A stretch of DNA of 64,000 bases from Klebsormidium nitens (Eukaryota; Plantae; Klebsormidiophyceae), in contig DF237012.1 of the NCBI GenBank assembly GCA_000708835.1, positions 190,013-254,012 on the forward strand, read 5' to 3'. Under the pieces are notes generated by a model. It had not been told where the DNA came from, did not search any database, and saw nothing but the letters and a program-made list of their open reading frames with translations. Below are positions 38,161-50,300 of the stretch, in pieces. The first letter of the stretch is position 1. The number at the start of each line of letters is the position of its first letter. Position numbers and translations under genes: made by a program.

Positions 38161-39149
38161 ATGGCAACGCAAACTGTTCAAGCTTCGCGTCCAAAGTCAA
38201 CTCTCCGTGACCTGCTGACAGCAAACGTTCCATTGCCTGCCTGGTTCCAGCACGCCTTTCTTGTCTTGGCGACCTGCCTGGCAGTCTTGGGGGTTGCCAC
38301 TACGCCCTGTTTCTGAGCCATTACAAGCAGGTACTGGTGACGTCAGCTAGCAGCAATGCTACCTGTCCTTTTAACGAAGCTGGCGTGAATGTCAATGTCA
38401 AAATGCCTGAGCTTACGCAAGGTTCTCAGGTGGCTTACTACCCCCCAATCATGACCAGGAACAACAATGGGAAGGGCTCGTGTAACTTCTCCTGCAGCAG
38501 CCCCCACGTTCAGCAGTCAGCTCTAGACTTCTATCTCAGAGGATTCCCAGAGGTTCAGTATGTAACTCTACTGAACATTGTTTCCGCGGACCCTGTCGAA
38601 GAGAACTGCGATGTTGTGTTCAAGTGGACGCACAGAGACGAACTGGGGGCAGCCACAGGAGAAGACTTTCGGAAGTTTGTTTTCCGGGGGTTGGATGATC
38701 CTCACGAGCTTTGTGTCTTTGCGCCCACAGAGATGATGCATCGCTTCTCTGGAAGCGCAGCTGTTCTACATAGCCTGAACCTTTTGACAGCTCCCAGGTC
38801 GCACGAAGAGACAAAAGTCTTCTTCTGCAAAGACAAGATCGCTGAACGGAACGAACGTGAGATTGGTGCAAGGTGCCAGTTCTTAGGAATCTGGCCGTCC
38901 TGTCGGTACGTTGATGCGACCTGCCACCTAAGCAATCGAGATTTTGAAATTGAGGAAAGCCTTCCATTCGCCGGCGACAAAGCAGAGGCGGGAGACATGA
39001 GCTTCTTGAGGCGCCTTGCCTTCTGTGATCGAGACCCGGCCCGGGAGTGTTGGGAGAATGTGATCTTTGGGGGCCTGTTTGGCTTTATATTCCTCTTTTA
39101 CATTGGACCGCTCGGTTTGCTTTCACTGGCAGCAAATAGGAAGCAATAA
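38161..39149 (+). CDS. Intronless two-TM protein with Cys-containing lumenal/extracellular loop (paralogue 1); single frameshift at a G run
   Basis: ATG at 38161 gives MATQTVQASRPK...WFQHAFLVLATCLAVLG. The frame changes at G5 38289-38293 into the 270-aa ORF, which ends in a hydrophobic helix VIFGGLFGFIFLFYIGPLGLLSLAA. Confidence 0.7.
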
Positions 39150-40655
39150 CCTTACAGGTCTTCTCTGTTTGATAGGGGCGGCTCTGGACGATACTCTGGT
39201 TGCAGTGTTGCATGTACTAGTAGGCGTAGTTGTCCCCTGTGATAGCCACGCAGGGTTACGTAACATAACCGCGTCTGGTAGCTAGGACTTGGAAGGAACG
39301 GTTGGCCTTCACTTATCGGTACGTGCAGGCTGTTGCTGATAAGGTCTTTACCTTAATGAAATGATTTGCAATCAGATAGCAGCTTTGGAGTGCGATCTGC
39401 GCAGCGCGCATGATATACGTCAACAAGGATAGTTATCTCATGCATAATATACATAGTTTGTGATGTAACATGTCCAGATCGCGAAGTTCAGATCTTCATG
39501 CGCGGTGCAGTCCAACGGTATCCCTGGTCGTGCTTCCTTAGTTTGTTGCCAAAACACGCATGCTTGGAGAAGTGCCCAGCGGCTGGACGTCTACAACGGA
39601 TTGAATTGCCAGACGTTGCTGATTGCATGAAAGCGTTTGACCGCGACTATCCGCTTGCGCCAGTTGCTTCTTCTCTCTGGAAATCTTGCGTCATCTTGAC
39701 CGTCATCAGAAGCCCCTGATGCGTGCTTAGTGGTAGAACAAACGCAATCCGCAATTTTCTGGTGACACATGCCTGCAGGATTGACAGCAATCGATCAGCT
39801 CATACTGGGCAGACAGATGACAATTGGAACTTCGGAAGAGTGAACGGTTATTTGAATGAGGAACGGGTCAACGCACTCAAAGAGGTAATATGTAACGGAG
39901 AGAGTTTTCTAGAACGGAGCGGACTGAAAACTACTAGTACACAATCAAGTTTCCTCAACACTTTTCAAAGGTGATCAATTCATAATCCGAGAGGAGATAA
40001 GGAGCTGCTTATTGAATTTGACGACGCGGAAGTGGGCAGCTCGTCTCAATCGAACCGTATCGACCAGGCAACGGAGGAGAATCAAGCGCAGGGATTTCAT
40101 AAAGAATCTAGAGGAAAACTTCTAGTGCCAGCCGCGAAAAGAACCCAACGCGAGCTTGCATTCACTTCACTATCAGCACTTCTGCATCCGCCGTCTAATG
40201 TCAGATTGATGTTAGATTGACAAGTGAGTCACGGCCACAGCTTGAAAGGTAGGGGCCACCAGGGGCACATGTAATACCTCAGAAAGCCCTCGTGTGATCA
40301 CCAATAGCGTCTTTCCCTAGCCATTGACGTTGGATAGAGTCATTCATAAGGCTTGATAGGCGCGCACATCCGTACAGTAGGGTAGTGCAGCGCCTCACCG
40401 GCTGAGCGCTCGCGGGTTGCGCGCGCCACGTTGTCGACCGCGCGCGCGCGGCCCCGCAAAAGTGTACAGACATTCACAGCCGGCCGGTGATAAACTAGGC
40501 TTAAAACCTTGCGGCCGCCCGGCTCGGCGGCCGCGCTGAGCGGGCCCGGCCAGCCGGAAACGCGCAGTACGTCCATTCCGACCATTCAGAGTCTCCTGCA
40601 TATCCGATCGTCGTAAGCGCGTTTGTTCAGCTTTCTCCCGGCTTCCGACGTCAAC

Positions 40656-41588
40656 ATGGCGACGCACCGTCCTGGTTCTCAAGTCTCGCGTCCAAGCACG
40701 AATACTATTCGTGCAGCAGACGCACCCGGCCTGCCTTGCTGCGTCCAGCAGGCATTCTTCGTTCTTGGGACCTGCTTGGTAGTCCTAGCATTTTTTTAAC
40801 GCCCTGCACATGAGATCCTACCTACACATGTTGGATACAGCGTTAGCAAGCATTAATGTTACCTGTCCTGTCCAGAACGCTAACGCCAGTCTTGAGATGC
40901 CTGAGCTTACGCCAAATTCTCAGAAAGCTGATGTCATCCCAACGTTGATAAGGTACAACGCAAGAAATAGCTCATGCAACTTTTCCTGCAGCAGCCCCCA
41001 AGTCCAGCAGTCAGCTCTAGACTTTTATCTAAGAGAGTTCCAAGAGGTTCAGTCTGTAAGTATGCTGAAGAGCGTCGCCGGGGACTCTGTCAAAGAAAGC
41101 TGCGATGTTCTGTTCGAGTGGACGCACAGGGACGACCTTGGGGCAGCCTCAGCACAGGACTTCAGGAAGTTTTTCTTCTAGAAGGTTACCGATTCTCAGG
41201 AGCCCTGTTTTTTTGCGGCCAGAGAAATGAGAGGAGGTGTGCTCATGTCCCGCAGGGCGTTTGCCACTGCTCCTGGACTACCGGGGTCAAAGCTTCCAGA
41301 GAAGGAGACAAAAATCTTTCTCTGCAAAGAGAAGCTTGCAGAACGAAGCGGACGTGACTTAAGCGCAAGGTGCCCGTTCTAGACTGGCCGTCATGTCAGT
41401 ATGTTGATGCATTCTGTCCCGTTCCCCCCCATGAACAAGAGGATAGTACTAAGAAAGAGGCGGGCGAAGGAAGCGTCTCGAGGCGCCTTGACGTTTCTAA
41501 GGAGGAGGATGACTCAAAACATTTTATGGTCCTCATTGGAGCATCAGTGGTGATGCTACTCCCTATGGCCTTTCACAGGGAGGATTAG
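40656..41588 (+). pseudogene. Tandem paralogue 2 of the two-TM protein, disrupted
   Basis: Clear homology to paralogue 1 (SCNFSCSSPQVQQSALDFYLREFQEVQ; FEWTHRDDLGAA..DFRKF; WPSCQYVDA). Lesions: frameshift at T7 40791-40797, in-frame TAG at 41179-41181, and a second frameshift near 41370. Confidence 0.8.
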
Positions 41589-42475
41589 TCGTCTCCTCCC
41601 GGGGGGGAGAAGAGGGGAANNNNNNNNNNNNNNNNNNNNNNNNNNNNNNNNNNNNNNNNNNNNNNNNNNNNNNNNNNNNNNNNNNNNNNNNNNNNNNNNN
41701 NNNNNNNNNNNNNNNNNNNNNNNNNNNNNNNNNNNNNNNNNNNNNNNNNNNNNNNNNNNNNNNNNNNNNNNNNNNNNNNNNNNNNNNNNNNNNNNNNNNN
41801 NNNNNNNNNNNNNNNNNNNNNNNNNNNNNNNNNNNNNNNNNNNNNNNNNNNNNNNNNNNNNNNNNNNNNNNNNNNNNNNNNNNNNNNNNNNNNNNNNNNN
41901 NNNNNNNNNNNNNNNNNNNNNNNNNNNNNNNNNNNNNNNNNNNNNNNNNNNNNNNNNNNNNNNNNNNNNNNNNNNNNNNNNNNNNNNNNNNNNNNNNNNN
42001 NNNNNNNNNNNNNNNNNNNNNNNNNNNNNNNNNNNNNNNNNNNNNNNNNNNNNNNNNNNNNNNNNNNNNNNNNNNNNNNNNNNNNNNNNNNNNNNNNNNN
42101 NNNNAATTAGACAAGTGTAACATGAACGAGCATTGCAATTTTTAAGCGGATTTGATGCTTCTAACAGGGTCAGAGGACAGTACGAGATCCTTATACATCC
42201 TTCGATCACTTGTTACTCTTTAGATCAGCTCGAAAGTTGCCTTCGTTTGGAGGACAGGGGGAGATCAGGTGGAGAATACTCTCCCCCTCTCGAAAAGTGA
42301 GGGGGAGAATTCTCCCCCCGTCCTCGACCGGGGGAGACATTCTCCCCCACAGTCGTCAGGTGGGGGAGACTGTTCTCCGCCCCTCATGTGGGGGAGACTT
42401 CTCCCCCACCAGAGGAGAATATAGTCTCCCCCCCCGGGGGGGAGAGAGGGGGGGGAGAAGGGGGGGAGACTGCCA
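41585..42475. repeat. Array of short GGGGGAGA-N(2-6)-TCTCCCC palindromes flanking an assembly gap
   Basis: Units include gggggagaattctcccccc (~42301), gggggagacattctccccc, gggggagactgttctcc, gggggagacttctccccc and ggagaatatagtctccccccc. Similar sequence abuts the left side of the N gap at 41589-41619. Confidence 0.75.
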
Positions 42476-44368
42476 ATCCTCCCTGTGTTTGTGCTACCCT
42501 TTGTTTGGAACAACTTGAAGCAGATCATGCAGCGAGACGGACCTTCTGAACATCACGAAGTCTGTTACAAACCCAGGCCCAATACAGTAGGCACGTAAAC
42601 GTCCGCTGAGAAGGCTGATGCTGAATAGCATACTGTAGTCACGTCTGAAGCTGGATTGAGAAATCTGATTTGCACAGGGTAGGTAAAGATGAAGCAGGTT
42701 GGCCCTCCGTCGCTGACTTACGTGCAAGCTGCTGACTTGAACACGTTATTCAACTAGGCATGGCAGCTTTGAAGTCCCACAACGCGAGCGAGCAGGGTGT
42801 ACACCAAGCACCTAATGCATACTATACGTCATGCTCCGTGGTCTTTTCCATGATTTCTGAAAGTTCGCCAAGGGGCAGACAAGCATGATATCGTAGTATA
42901 AGTCCTGATATGCGGATGTGTGTCATGCAAACGTGAGATTATGCAGAAGTTACTAACGGCCGCGATCGAGAGTTCAACTGGTTGCCCTGAGCGAGGTTTG
43001 TCGCTGATGACTGTCCGCAGCGGCTTATGCCAATGATCGATCATAAGCTTGGCGTCATGCAATACAATTATTCAAGTAGCTGCTGATTCAGGCGCCTTAA
43101 GAAGAGAGCCTACGGGCAGTTCGATTAAGTGAACCCACATGAGCTGCAAAACTAAGAATAGCTCATGGCGGCTGGGGGCCGCGCACCGGAAAGGTGTGCA
43201 AACGATATTAATCCGGCTCCGAGAGCCGTGGATAACACGCGAAGAATTTTCAAATGGTAGAAGGCCATGGCCGAGTCGATCACGCAGTCCGTCCGACTCG
43301 CCTTCTGAATGCTCTTTGGAATCGGCTTCGATCATATGCTGTTCGCCGTCACATGGCATCATATTGAGACGTGATCGGAAAACCTCACCCGGGACGGTGG
43401 TAAAGGACACAATTAAACACAAGCAAAGCTCAACAAGAGCTCTGCGGTTTTGAAAAACTAGCGAAGGTCTTTTTGAGCTAGTGTGAAATGTGACGATCGG
43501 TCGCCAAACAATATAAGATATACTCATCTTAGCAAGCTTCAGTCTCGTTCGATTTGCTGCCATAAAGGTCTGCATCTTCAACCACGAAGCCTACACAAAC
43601 TTTGCTTTATGTGGCCTCAACCATATCAATACATAGTATACCCGACCTTATCAGATTTGACCTTTAGCTTGGCATTATGTGCTTGTTTCAAGCTACACTT
43701 TCCACCCTCTTGACTGCGCGGCGCGGGATCAATTTAAGAATTTTATAATCTCTCTTCACCTGGGTAATACGCGTTGACATATTGGTTCTTGGAAATATAA
43801 ATAACTCTAGCTATATCTCAACCGCAAAGACCGATCATTCATTGTGCCTCTGGCGTGCGTGTAGTTGGTCGCCGCAACTCGCACTTCGTTAGGATGCTGC
43901 CGCATGTGATTCTTTCTTCAATGTTTGAAGCGTTTCGAAGGTGTAAGCACTAACGCAGAGCTATTTCTGTGTCAGGCAAGCTTCGCGTTGCCCGAATCTG
44001 CAGCAGAGGAAGATGGTGCTGGCTTATTTACAAGAACCTTGAGTGCGCTCAAAAGCCATAAGGAGATTCGACTTGCTATGCCCCGGCCTGGGTTGAGACC
44101 GGAACGTCACGAGGTAATTCTGCAACGGGCGGCAGAAGGAATGATCGTCCGCTGTTTGGCGCAAGCACACGACCTGGATATTACTGAAGTAAACAGAAGG
44201 CGAGTCCGACGGCAAAAAAGATGAACAGTTGACAACGTTAACGACGGAGTCAAAACGAAGTCGCAAGACAAAGGAAAACTCTAAGTCCGTCTTACTGGAC
44301 CCACGAAGACAATAAGCAGGGTGGAGACAAACGCAGGCGAGTGTCCCACCTACCAGCCGCAGCACGCG

Positions 44369-44389
44369 GCCGCGCGCGCGCGCGCGCGC
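44369..44389. repeat. (CG)n alternating purine-pyrimidine run immediately after the DNase II stop codon
   Basis: cgcgcgcgcgcgcgcgcgc at 44371-44389. Confidence 0.8.
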
Positions 44390-47300
44390 CTAACCGCAGG
44401 GAGCCACGTTGGTGATGAGCTTGGTGTAGTGCTGGGCGATGTTGGGGTTGTTGAGGAAGCAGACGGTGCCGCCGCCGCGGTTCGCCTGGGACGCCTGCCG
44501 GTTCATGTCGCCGATGCACACCGTCTGGGTGCCCTGTGAACGGCGACATGGAACCGATTTTAATTTATGGGTCCATGAAAGCTGATATGAAAGATTCAGA
44601 AGCTGTGAAGATCAATGGCCAGATCATGTCGCCGATGCGCACCTTCTGGCTGCACTGCAGAGATTAGCCGGCTCAAGCTTCAGTTTAGGAGACATGAAGA
44701 GCTCCACAAAGTCCCTACAATAGTGAGGTAGATGCAAACTGACCCTGACGATGCTTTGGAGTTTTTCCGGATCACAATCCAGTTGAAGCAGTTGAAGAAC
44801 TTGAGAATCTGATTTAGGTTCGGAGTCAGCACTTGACCCAGGGAGTCGCTTCGGGTGCAGAATTTCACAGCAACTAGGAACGGTCGCTGATTCAGAAAGC
44901 GGACTTTAAGCGCGGAGGGTTGGACGAAACTTCCGTCGCACAGAAGTAAGGTATCTGAGTCTTGAGACGCGCTTTTCCAACCGCCCTGACAGGTTTGGTC
45001 ATCGAGCACGCTGGAAGAGGTGACGCGTCCCGCTAGCAAATCGCAGCGGAGAAATCACTGGCAAAACTTGACTGCCGTGCAGAACGGTTGTACGAAAGCA
45101 TGCGAACGGTTGTACAACAGGAAAAGAGAGAGCCTGCTCTACAAAGGGACGCGGACTTACGGAAGGGTACGGGACGCCCCATTTGGAGTGGTCGGCTGCA
45201 GAAACGAAAGGAGCATTGGTTAAATTTGCGGCGAGTTGGCTGGAATTAAGCGCCAGCGGTAGAGGATCCAGGCAGCAAAGCTCTTCTTGAAGAATTGTGA
45301 CGGGAGTGTGTAAATCGCTGTTGACTAAGACTGCACGAGATGACAGACTTTTCAAAGACTCGACAGATTCAGAACGGGGTCCATTCAGCTGCAATGAAAT
45401 CGAAAATAGTAGATTGGGATTGAGGATCGCACTGCCCAGCTTTCTGGTTTTGCAAAGGAGTCCGTACAACATTGAAGCAGATCCAGAAGAGCAACTTTCC
45501 ACGTACGGTCAACCACTTCGTGACCACCGGCTCTGGATGTTGGATGACGGCTTCCGCCAATCAATGCATCATATGATGAGTTTGTAATAAGATCTGATCC
45601 GTGTCGAACTCCTCTGAAAAGCTGACCAGTCAACTCATACTTCAGCTTTGCCGCTCTACAACGAACACCACGACCTAAGATTGACGACGAGCTGAGAGAG
45701 TTATCACCGCACGTGCGAGAGACCGGGGCTTTCTCATCACCGCCCACTTCACACGTGATGGCCAGTGCCCCGCAAATCAAAGACCCGCGCTGAAGTAACT
45801 TTAGCACGTGCGAGNNNNNNNNNNNNNNNNNNNNNNNNNNNNNNNNNNNNNNNNNNNNNNNNNNNNNNNNNNNNNNNNNNNNNNNNNNNNNNNNNNNNNN
45901 NNNNNNNNNNNNNNNNNNNNNNNNNNNNNNNNNNNNNNNNNNNNNNNNNNNNNNNNNNNNNNNNNNNNNNNNNNNNNNNNNNNNNNNNNNNNNNNNNNNN
46001 NNNNNNNNNNNNNNNNNNNNNNNNNNNNNNNNNNNNNNNNNNNNNNNNNNNNNNNNNNNNNNNNNNNNNNNNNNNNNNNNNNNNNNNNNNNNNNNNNNNN
46101 NNNNNNNNNNNNNNNNNNNNNNNNNNNNNNNNNNNNNNNNNNNNNNNNNNNNNNNNNNNNNNNNNNNNNNNNNNNNNNNNNNNNNNNNNNNNNNNNNNNN
46201 NNNNNNNNNNNNNNNNNNNNNNNNNNNNNNNNNNNNNNNNNNNNNNNNNNNNNNNNNNNNNNNNNNNNNNNNNNNNNNNNNNNNNNNNNNNNNNNNNNNN
46301 NNNNNNNNNNNNNNNNNNNNNNNNNNNTGACCGAGGACTTACACGTCACCGCCCACTTGCCGGTCGTTGCCGAGATCGCCTGCGCCTCGGGCACGGTGAT
46401 ATTTCTGATAGTGTACGAGCCGAGAGTGGAGCCCATTGTGGGGCACGAGTTGAGGTTGGGGGACCCGTTCTGCCACGTCTCCCAGGCCATGGACAGCCCG
46501 AAGTATGGCTCCACCAGGGACTCGTACAAACCGATGCCGGTGCTGCAGGGTTTGACAGAGGTTTACGGAGAGGAGTTTTGGTGTACGACTTCAAAATTTA
46601 GAAAGTCGAGTCGAAGAAGTAAAGATTATAGGAACTCAATCCTTTTCGCGGTTGGAAGATCTCTGACTTGGGGAATTGCGAGAGTGACGACAGCATCGCG
46701 AGATCTGGGCATGCAGCTCATACCTTGAGCTTTAAAGGCCAGATTACTAGGACCCCTGAACCAAAGGACGGATTACAAGATGTCAACGACGGCTGCGAAC
46801 ACCTCCCAAAGGGATGGGGAGCAGATAGCGCTTGCTTCAGACGTCCTTTCTGACGCTTGCAGGAAAAAATCCCTCTCTCTATCTTTGAAGCACAGGCCTG
46901 TCAAAACCCAGCGCGCCTCGCTTTCAGATCCACTCACGAAGAAGCCTCCTGAAATTGCGCAAGCGCGTGGGCCGCGGACGTGGCGACAGTGCCCCCGTAA
47001 TCAACTTCGATGATCATTCAAACAAACAACGCGCATATGACGATTCATTTGGTCATTGGCCGATCCAAAGCACACGCAGTCGGAATCTCGCTCTTGAAAG
47101 CACAGGCATGATCGAGTAGAATGCGCATTATTCCCCACGAAGAAGCCTTCTGGAAGAGCGTGAAGGCTCTGCTCCGGACGTGGCGATCGAGCCCTCGGAA
47201 ACAGCTTCGATCATCCCTCAAAGATTCTGAAAGCATATGACGCTTTCTCCAGGCGTTCACTGACTCAAATCGCTTGCAGACGAGAGCAGTCGATTCTACT

Positions 47301-50300
47301 TGAAACGCAGGCATAGATCAAAGGCGCGTTGTTGCTGACATGCACTTAAGATCTCTTACGATGAAGCCTCAAAGTAGAAGGGCCAAGCTTTTAAATTTGC
47401 TCACGATGAAGCCTTCTCGAATAGCGCAAACGCCTGGCCCCCGGAGGTGGCCACCGTGCCCCCGGAAACGGTCGTCGGGGCGCCCGGTGTGGGCGACCCG
47501 TCCTTGGCCGCAATAAGCGCCGCGAAATGCGGGTAAGGCCCGGCGATTGCGCTCGGGAGCTGGGAGTCGTAGATCCAAAGACCGGCGGTTTGGATGAACT
47601 TCGCAACGCCGTCGATCTGGGCGGCAGGGAGAGTGGCGCACAGGAAGCTCTGGCCGTAGATCAGCTGGCCCGAGGAGATGCCGGCGTAATTGCTTGAAAA
47701 AGGACGCACAAGGTGGTTAGCTTAACCCGTGTGTGGGGTGAGCATATTTGCTAACGAGCTGGTTCCAAAAGTCACACTGCAATCAGCATCAGCCGAAGAC
47801 AGGCATGGGACCCACCGACCCCAGGTGCTTATGTCGACCAACTTTTGGCGACCACTTTCACCGTTCGACACTGGTTGATAGAACAAATGACGACGTCTTC
47901 ATTGCTTTCCATCTCATTTCTAGCGAGTGCCGCGACATAGGGGTCTGGCTGAGCGCCTCTCTTCGGCAGCGGCGTATTCCGCCAGCCATTCACGTGCTAC
48001 AATCGGAACGGCACGGGCCTAGGCGAATTCGGTGAACCATTGTACGGATGATCAATTCAAGCAACGGAACGGCACTGGCGCGAGCATTCCGGCGGACGAT
48101 GTCTTTACGGGCACGGGCCCGAACATTCCGGCAGACAACTAATTCTGCAACGGAACGGCACGGGCGGAACGGCTTACTGGTCAACGGCGGGTCCGGGAAG
48201 TTGGGCGCGCTGTGCACGAGGTAGAAGCCCTGGTTGGCGGTAAACCCTAAAACCCCCTTGGCGTGCGCGCCGCCGGAGCCCGCGCTCGTCGTCACGGAGG
48301 GGGGGTAGTCGTCGTTCCACATGGCGTACCCGGCGGTGGCCTGGAAAACAACGGTCAGAGAGCGGTTGACAAGCTGGTTAAGGCGTTTGAAACGGCGTTC
48401 CAGTGATCAAGACCCGGCGCCAATTCATGGTTTTGCGGTTGCTGTTGTTACGGAAGGGGGGGAGTCGTCGTTCCACATGGCGTACCCGGCAGTGGCCGGG
48501 ATAACAAGGGGTACAGAGCGGTTAAGAGATTGGTGATCAATGGATTTGGAACGGCGTTCCAGTGATTAAGAACCGCTAATGCAGAGCTTTTGCGCTCACA
48601 GTGAGCGCTCTGATCTGCTTTCCCAGTCGTGAGCCAGCGCTTCTCGTTGATCTCATCAAAGAGATTTATGGCGGCGTGAAGATTGACACCTAGTTGTTGT
48701 AGGTCTGGTAGAGCATGTTTACGAGCGCGTCATTGCGCGCAATAATTCGCGGCTCTTTCTAAAAGAAGCGCAATTCCGATGATGACATTGTAATGAACTG
48801 CGGCGGTGTGACTCTCACCTGGTTGTCGTAGATCTGGTAGAGCAAGCGCGTCATCGAGCAGGTGGTATTTAGAATCAGCGCAGACATAGCGCATTCACAT
48901 TCAACGAACCAAAGAGAGTCACGAAGATGTAAAAACTCTTACCTGGTTGTCGTACATCTGGTAGAGAGTGTTTGCGAGCGCGTCATCGCGCGCGGTGGTT
49001 TGCATGTTGGTCTCGATCGCCCACGCGTTGATAGCCGTCAGATCGGTCGTGCTGTCAATGTAGGCGTACATCCCGCCGTCCGGATTTGTGGCGCTCTGCT
49101 TCGGAAACTTGAGCGCGACCCACCAGTCCACGTCAGCGCCTGCGGCGTTCTTGCAGCTGAAGGTAGCTGCGGCGAGAATAATGGGGCAGTTATATAAACA
49201 GGTGTAAGAGTTTATAAAAGCTGTGGACTTTGTCGGAAAATCTGGTCTAGGATCGTGTTCGATTGCCGAGTAAGCTCTGCTTCAAGAACCTAAGCGCGAC
49301 GCACCAGTGCACGTCGGCGCCCGCGCGTTCTTGCACCTGAAGGTGGCTGCGGCAGAAACATTGGTGCAGTGAGTGTTAATATACGAAACACTTTCGAGCT
49401 TTGTGCTCGCCTTGACTTCAGGGTATAACGGGGGTTAAAGCGCTTGGTGCCCTCAGATCGGAAGTTCGAGAGCCATTTACCAGTCCAGCCTAAGTAGAGT
49501 CAAAAAGCGTTATGAAACTCTGGTGACTCTCTTGATGTACCCAAGAAGCATTTGACTGAAGGTAGGGCGCCTGCAAGACGGGTGGGGTTGATCGAGTGGT
49601 GAGAGTAGGTTCGGCTGCGGAACGCGTATGTATTCTTGGCTTAAGGATTTTCTTAATCAAATTCCGGGATCACCCGAATCTTATGTCAGACGACTGTCAG
49701 GTGATATGAGAGTTACCGTAAAGTGAGCTAAGAAGATACGGGGATAGGCCAAAGTCTTTTTGCTCGCCTTGTTTTCTTTAAAAAGCGGAGGTTGAAGTGC
49801 TGGGCGCCCTGTATCAAGAATCTGAGCGCTACCAACGTGCCCTGTCAATTTCGAAAGCACTTATCGGTCCAAGCTCAGAGCATCCGAAAGGGATTCGAAA
49901 GCTTGAATCCACGAAGACAACTCACTGGATTTCTGAAGCAACCCACTAGCAGCATTGCGAAGGAACCAAAAGAAAGACTCTCTTCCTGGCAACTTAGGAG
50001 TAGAGGAGCACGCTGTCCGGTCGCCCAGTGACATCATGCGGTTGCGCTTGCGCGAGACCTACTCACATGTGGATTGACTGGGAGCGGGGGTGGGGCTGTT
50101 GGTCGTGGAGGCAGAAGTGGGGGCAGGAGTGGAGGGGCACGCATTGGCAGCCCCCGGAGTTATGGCGACCAGCTTGAAATTGGCGCCGTTGTCGTCCGTA
50201 TCGGTTCCGTCGGAGCACCTGGAGAGGGGGTCGTGGGATGCTGTGAGGTATCTTGACTGGACCCAATCCTAGCCGTTCAAACTATGAAAAGCCAGCCCAC

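Noticed and set aside
43072-44224. ORFs of 169 aa (-) and 99 aa (+) between the pseudogene and DNase II
   Set aside because: No recognisable motifs and no convincing splice or codon signal; left unannotated.
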